NCBI GenBank assembly: GCA_949288955.1 | Contig: CASEMS010000010.1 | Location: 33,696-97,695, forward strand | DNA: 64,000 nt | Direction of reading: 5' to 3' | From: an uncultured Lentisphaeraceae bacterium | GTDB taxonomy: Bacteria > Verrucomicrobiota > Kiritimatiellia > RFP12 > DVOR01 | Part shown: piece by piece, positions 63,523 to 64,000 of the stretch | Layout of the letters: every line of letters begins with the position of its first letter | How positions within the stretch are numbered: the stretch's first letter is position 1 | Translations under genes and position numbers: made by a program | The notes under the pieces: generated by a model | What the model was told of the DNA's origin: nothing | Seen by the model: the letters and a program-made list of their open reading frames with translations, nothing else | Databases searched by the model: none

Positions 63523-64000
63523 CGGCGGGTTTCTCCTTTCCCTCGGCGTGGGTCAGGCGCATGATCACGGCGTCCGCGCCGAGGTTGCGGAAGCCCAAGA
63601 GGATGAGCAGGCGCCCCAGGAGGCTGGCGGAGCGGCAGCTGAGGAGCGAGGCCTTGAGGTTGAAGGCGCGGCTGAAGGCGTAGAAATCCTTGAGCGTGCA
63701 GTTGTGGATGTTGGGCGTGTCGTACCAGTCGTAGGGGAACTGCCGGGTGCGGGGCATCCGCCCCAGGAAGAAGAGCTGCGAGCGCAGCCCGAAGTAGCCG
63801 AAGTTCGGGAAGGCCAGGAGCGCCCAGTCGGAGACGCGCAGGAGCTGCTTCATCATCTCGTCAGGCCGGCGCAGCACCTGGATGGTGTGGGAGATGATGG
63901 AGACGTCGAAGACGTGCGCGGGGATGGCCTGGAGGTGACGGTCGATGTCCAGCATCAGCACGTTCACCCCCGCATGGAGGGCCACCACCACCTTCTCCAG
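63512..64000 (-). CDS. metW: Methionine biosynthesis protein MetW (C-terminal part; gene runs off the window end)
   Basis: ...DWALLAFPNFGYFGLRSQLFFLGRMPRTRQFPYDWYDTPNIHNCTLKDFYAFSR... matches the conserved MetW C-terminal region. Confidence 0.65.
   Translation of the reverse strand: MEKVVVALHAGVNVLMLDIDRHLQAIPAHVFDVSIISHTIQVLRRPDEMMKQLLRVSDWALLAFPNFGYFGLRSQLFFLGRMPRTRQFPYDWYDTPNIHNCTLKDFYAFSRAFNLKASLLSCRSASLLGRLLILLGFRNLGADAVIMRLTHAEGKEKPADGR

Overview
This 64-kb window has a ~70% GC backbone (Gram-negative, likely Verrucomicrobia- or Kiritimatiellae-like: LptE, a BamD-like protein, a PEP-CTERM tail, GH3, giant secreted proteins) encoding ordinary housekeeping genes (abcF, tsaD, rsmI, pdxJ, tgt, comM/yifB, mazG, guaA, nth, aspS, cysE, metW, tRNA-Ser). 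Two accessory regions stand out. First, a mosaic polysaccharide-biosynthesis island of mixed 45-65% GC (36.1-50.8 kb) contains ugd, a Wzy-like polymerase, GT2/GT4/GT-D glycosyltransferases, acyl- and acetyltransferases, and a PEP-CTERM-type protein interrupted by a C10 homopolymer frameshift. Its low-GC edge carries a translationally coupled putative defence trio (AAA_21-type ABC ATPase, DUF4276-like protein, KAP-like P-loop NTPase). It is followed by a 2225-aa giant secreted beta-helix-like protein with two discoidin (F5/8 type C)-like modules. Second, a small polysaccharide-modification module (22.8-26.3 kb) holds two WcaF-like acetyltransferases, a pyruvyl transferase and an FrhB-like Fe-S protein. 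The intergenic DNA is unusually rich in dispersed repeats: a 22-bp tandem REP-like family (7 loci), inverted arrays of the octamer AGGCTTGG (5 loci), and ~95-bp and ~120-bp elements. There is also a 4-repeat/3-spacer CRISPR-like mini-array (28-nt palindromic repeat, 33-nt spacers, one AT-rich) with no cas genes, and a 9-mer-based long hairpin. Several genes have an extended -10 box (GTGCTATAAT-like) only 6-8 nt upstream of the ATG, which suggests leaderless transcripts. The six-frame track contains many very long spurious ORFs (antisense or out of frame), expected at this GC content; these were not called.
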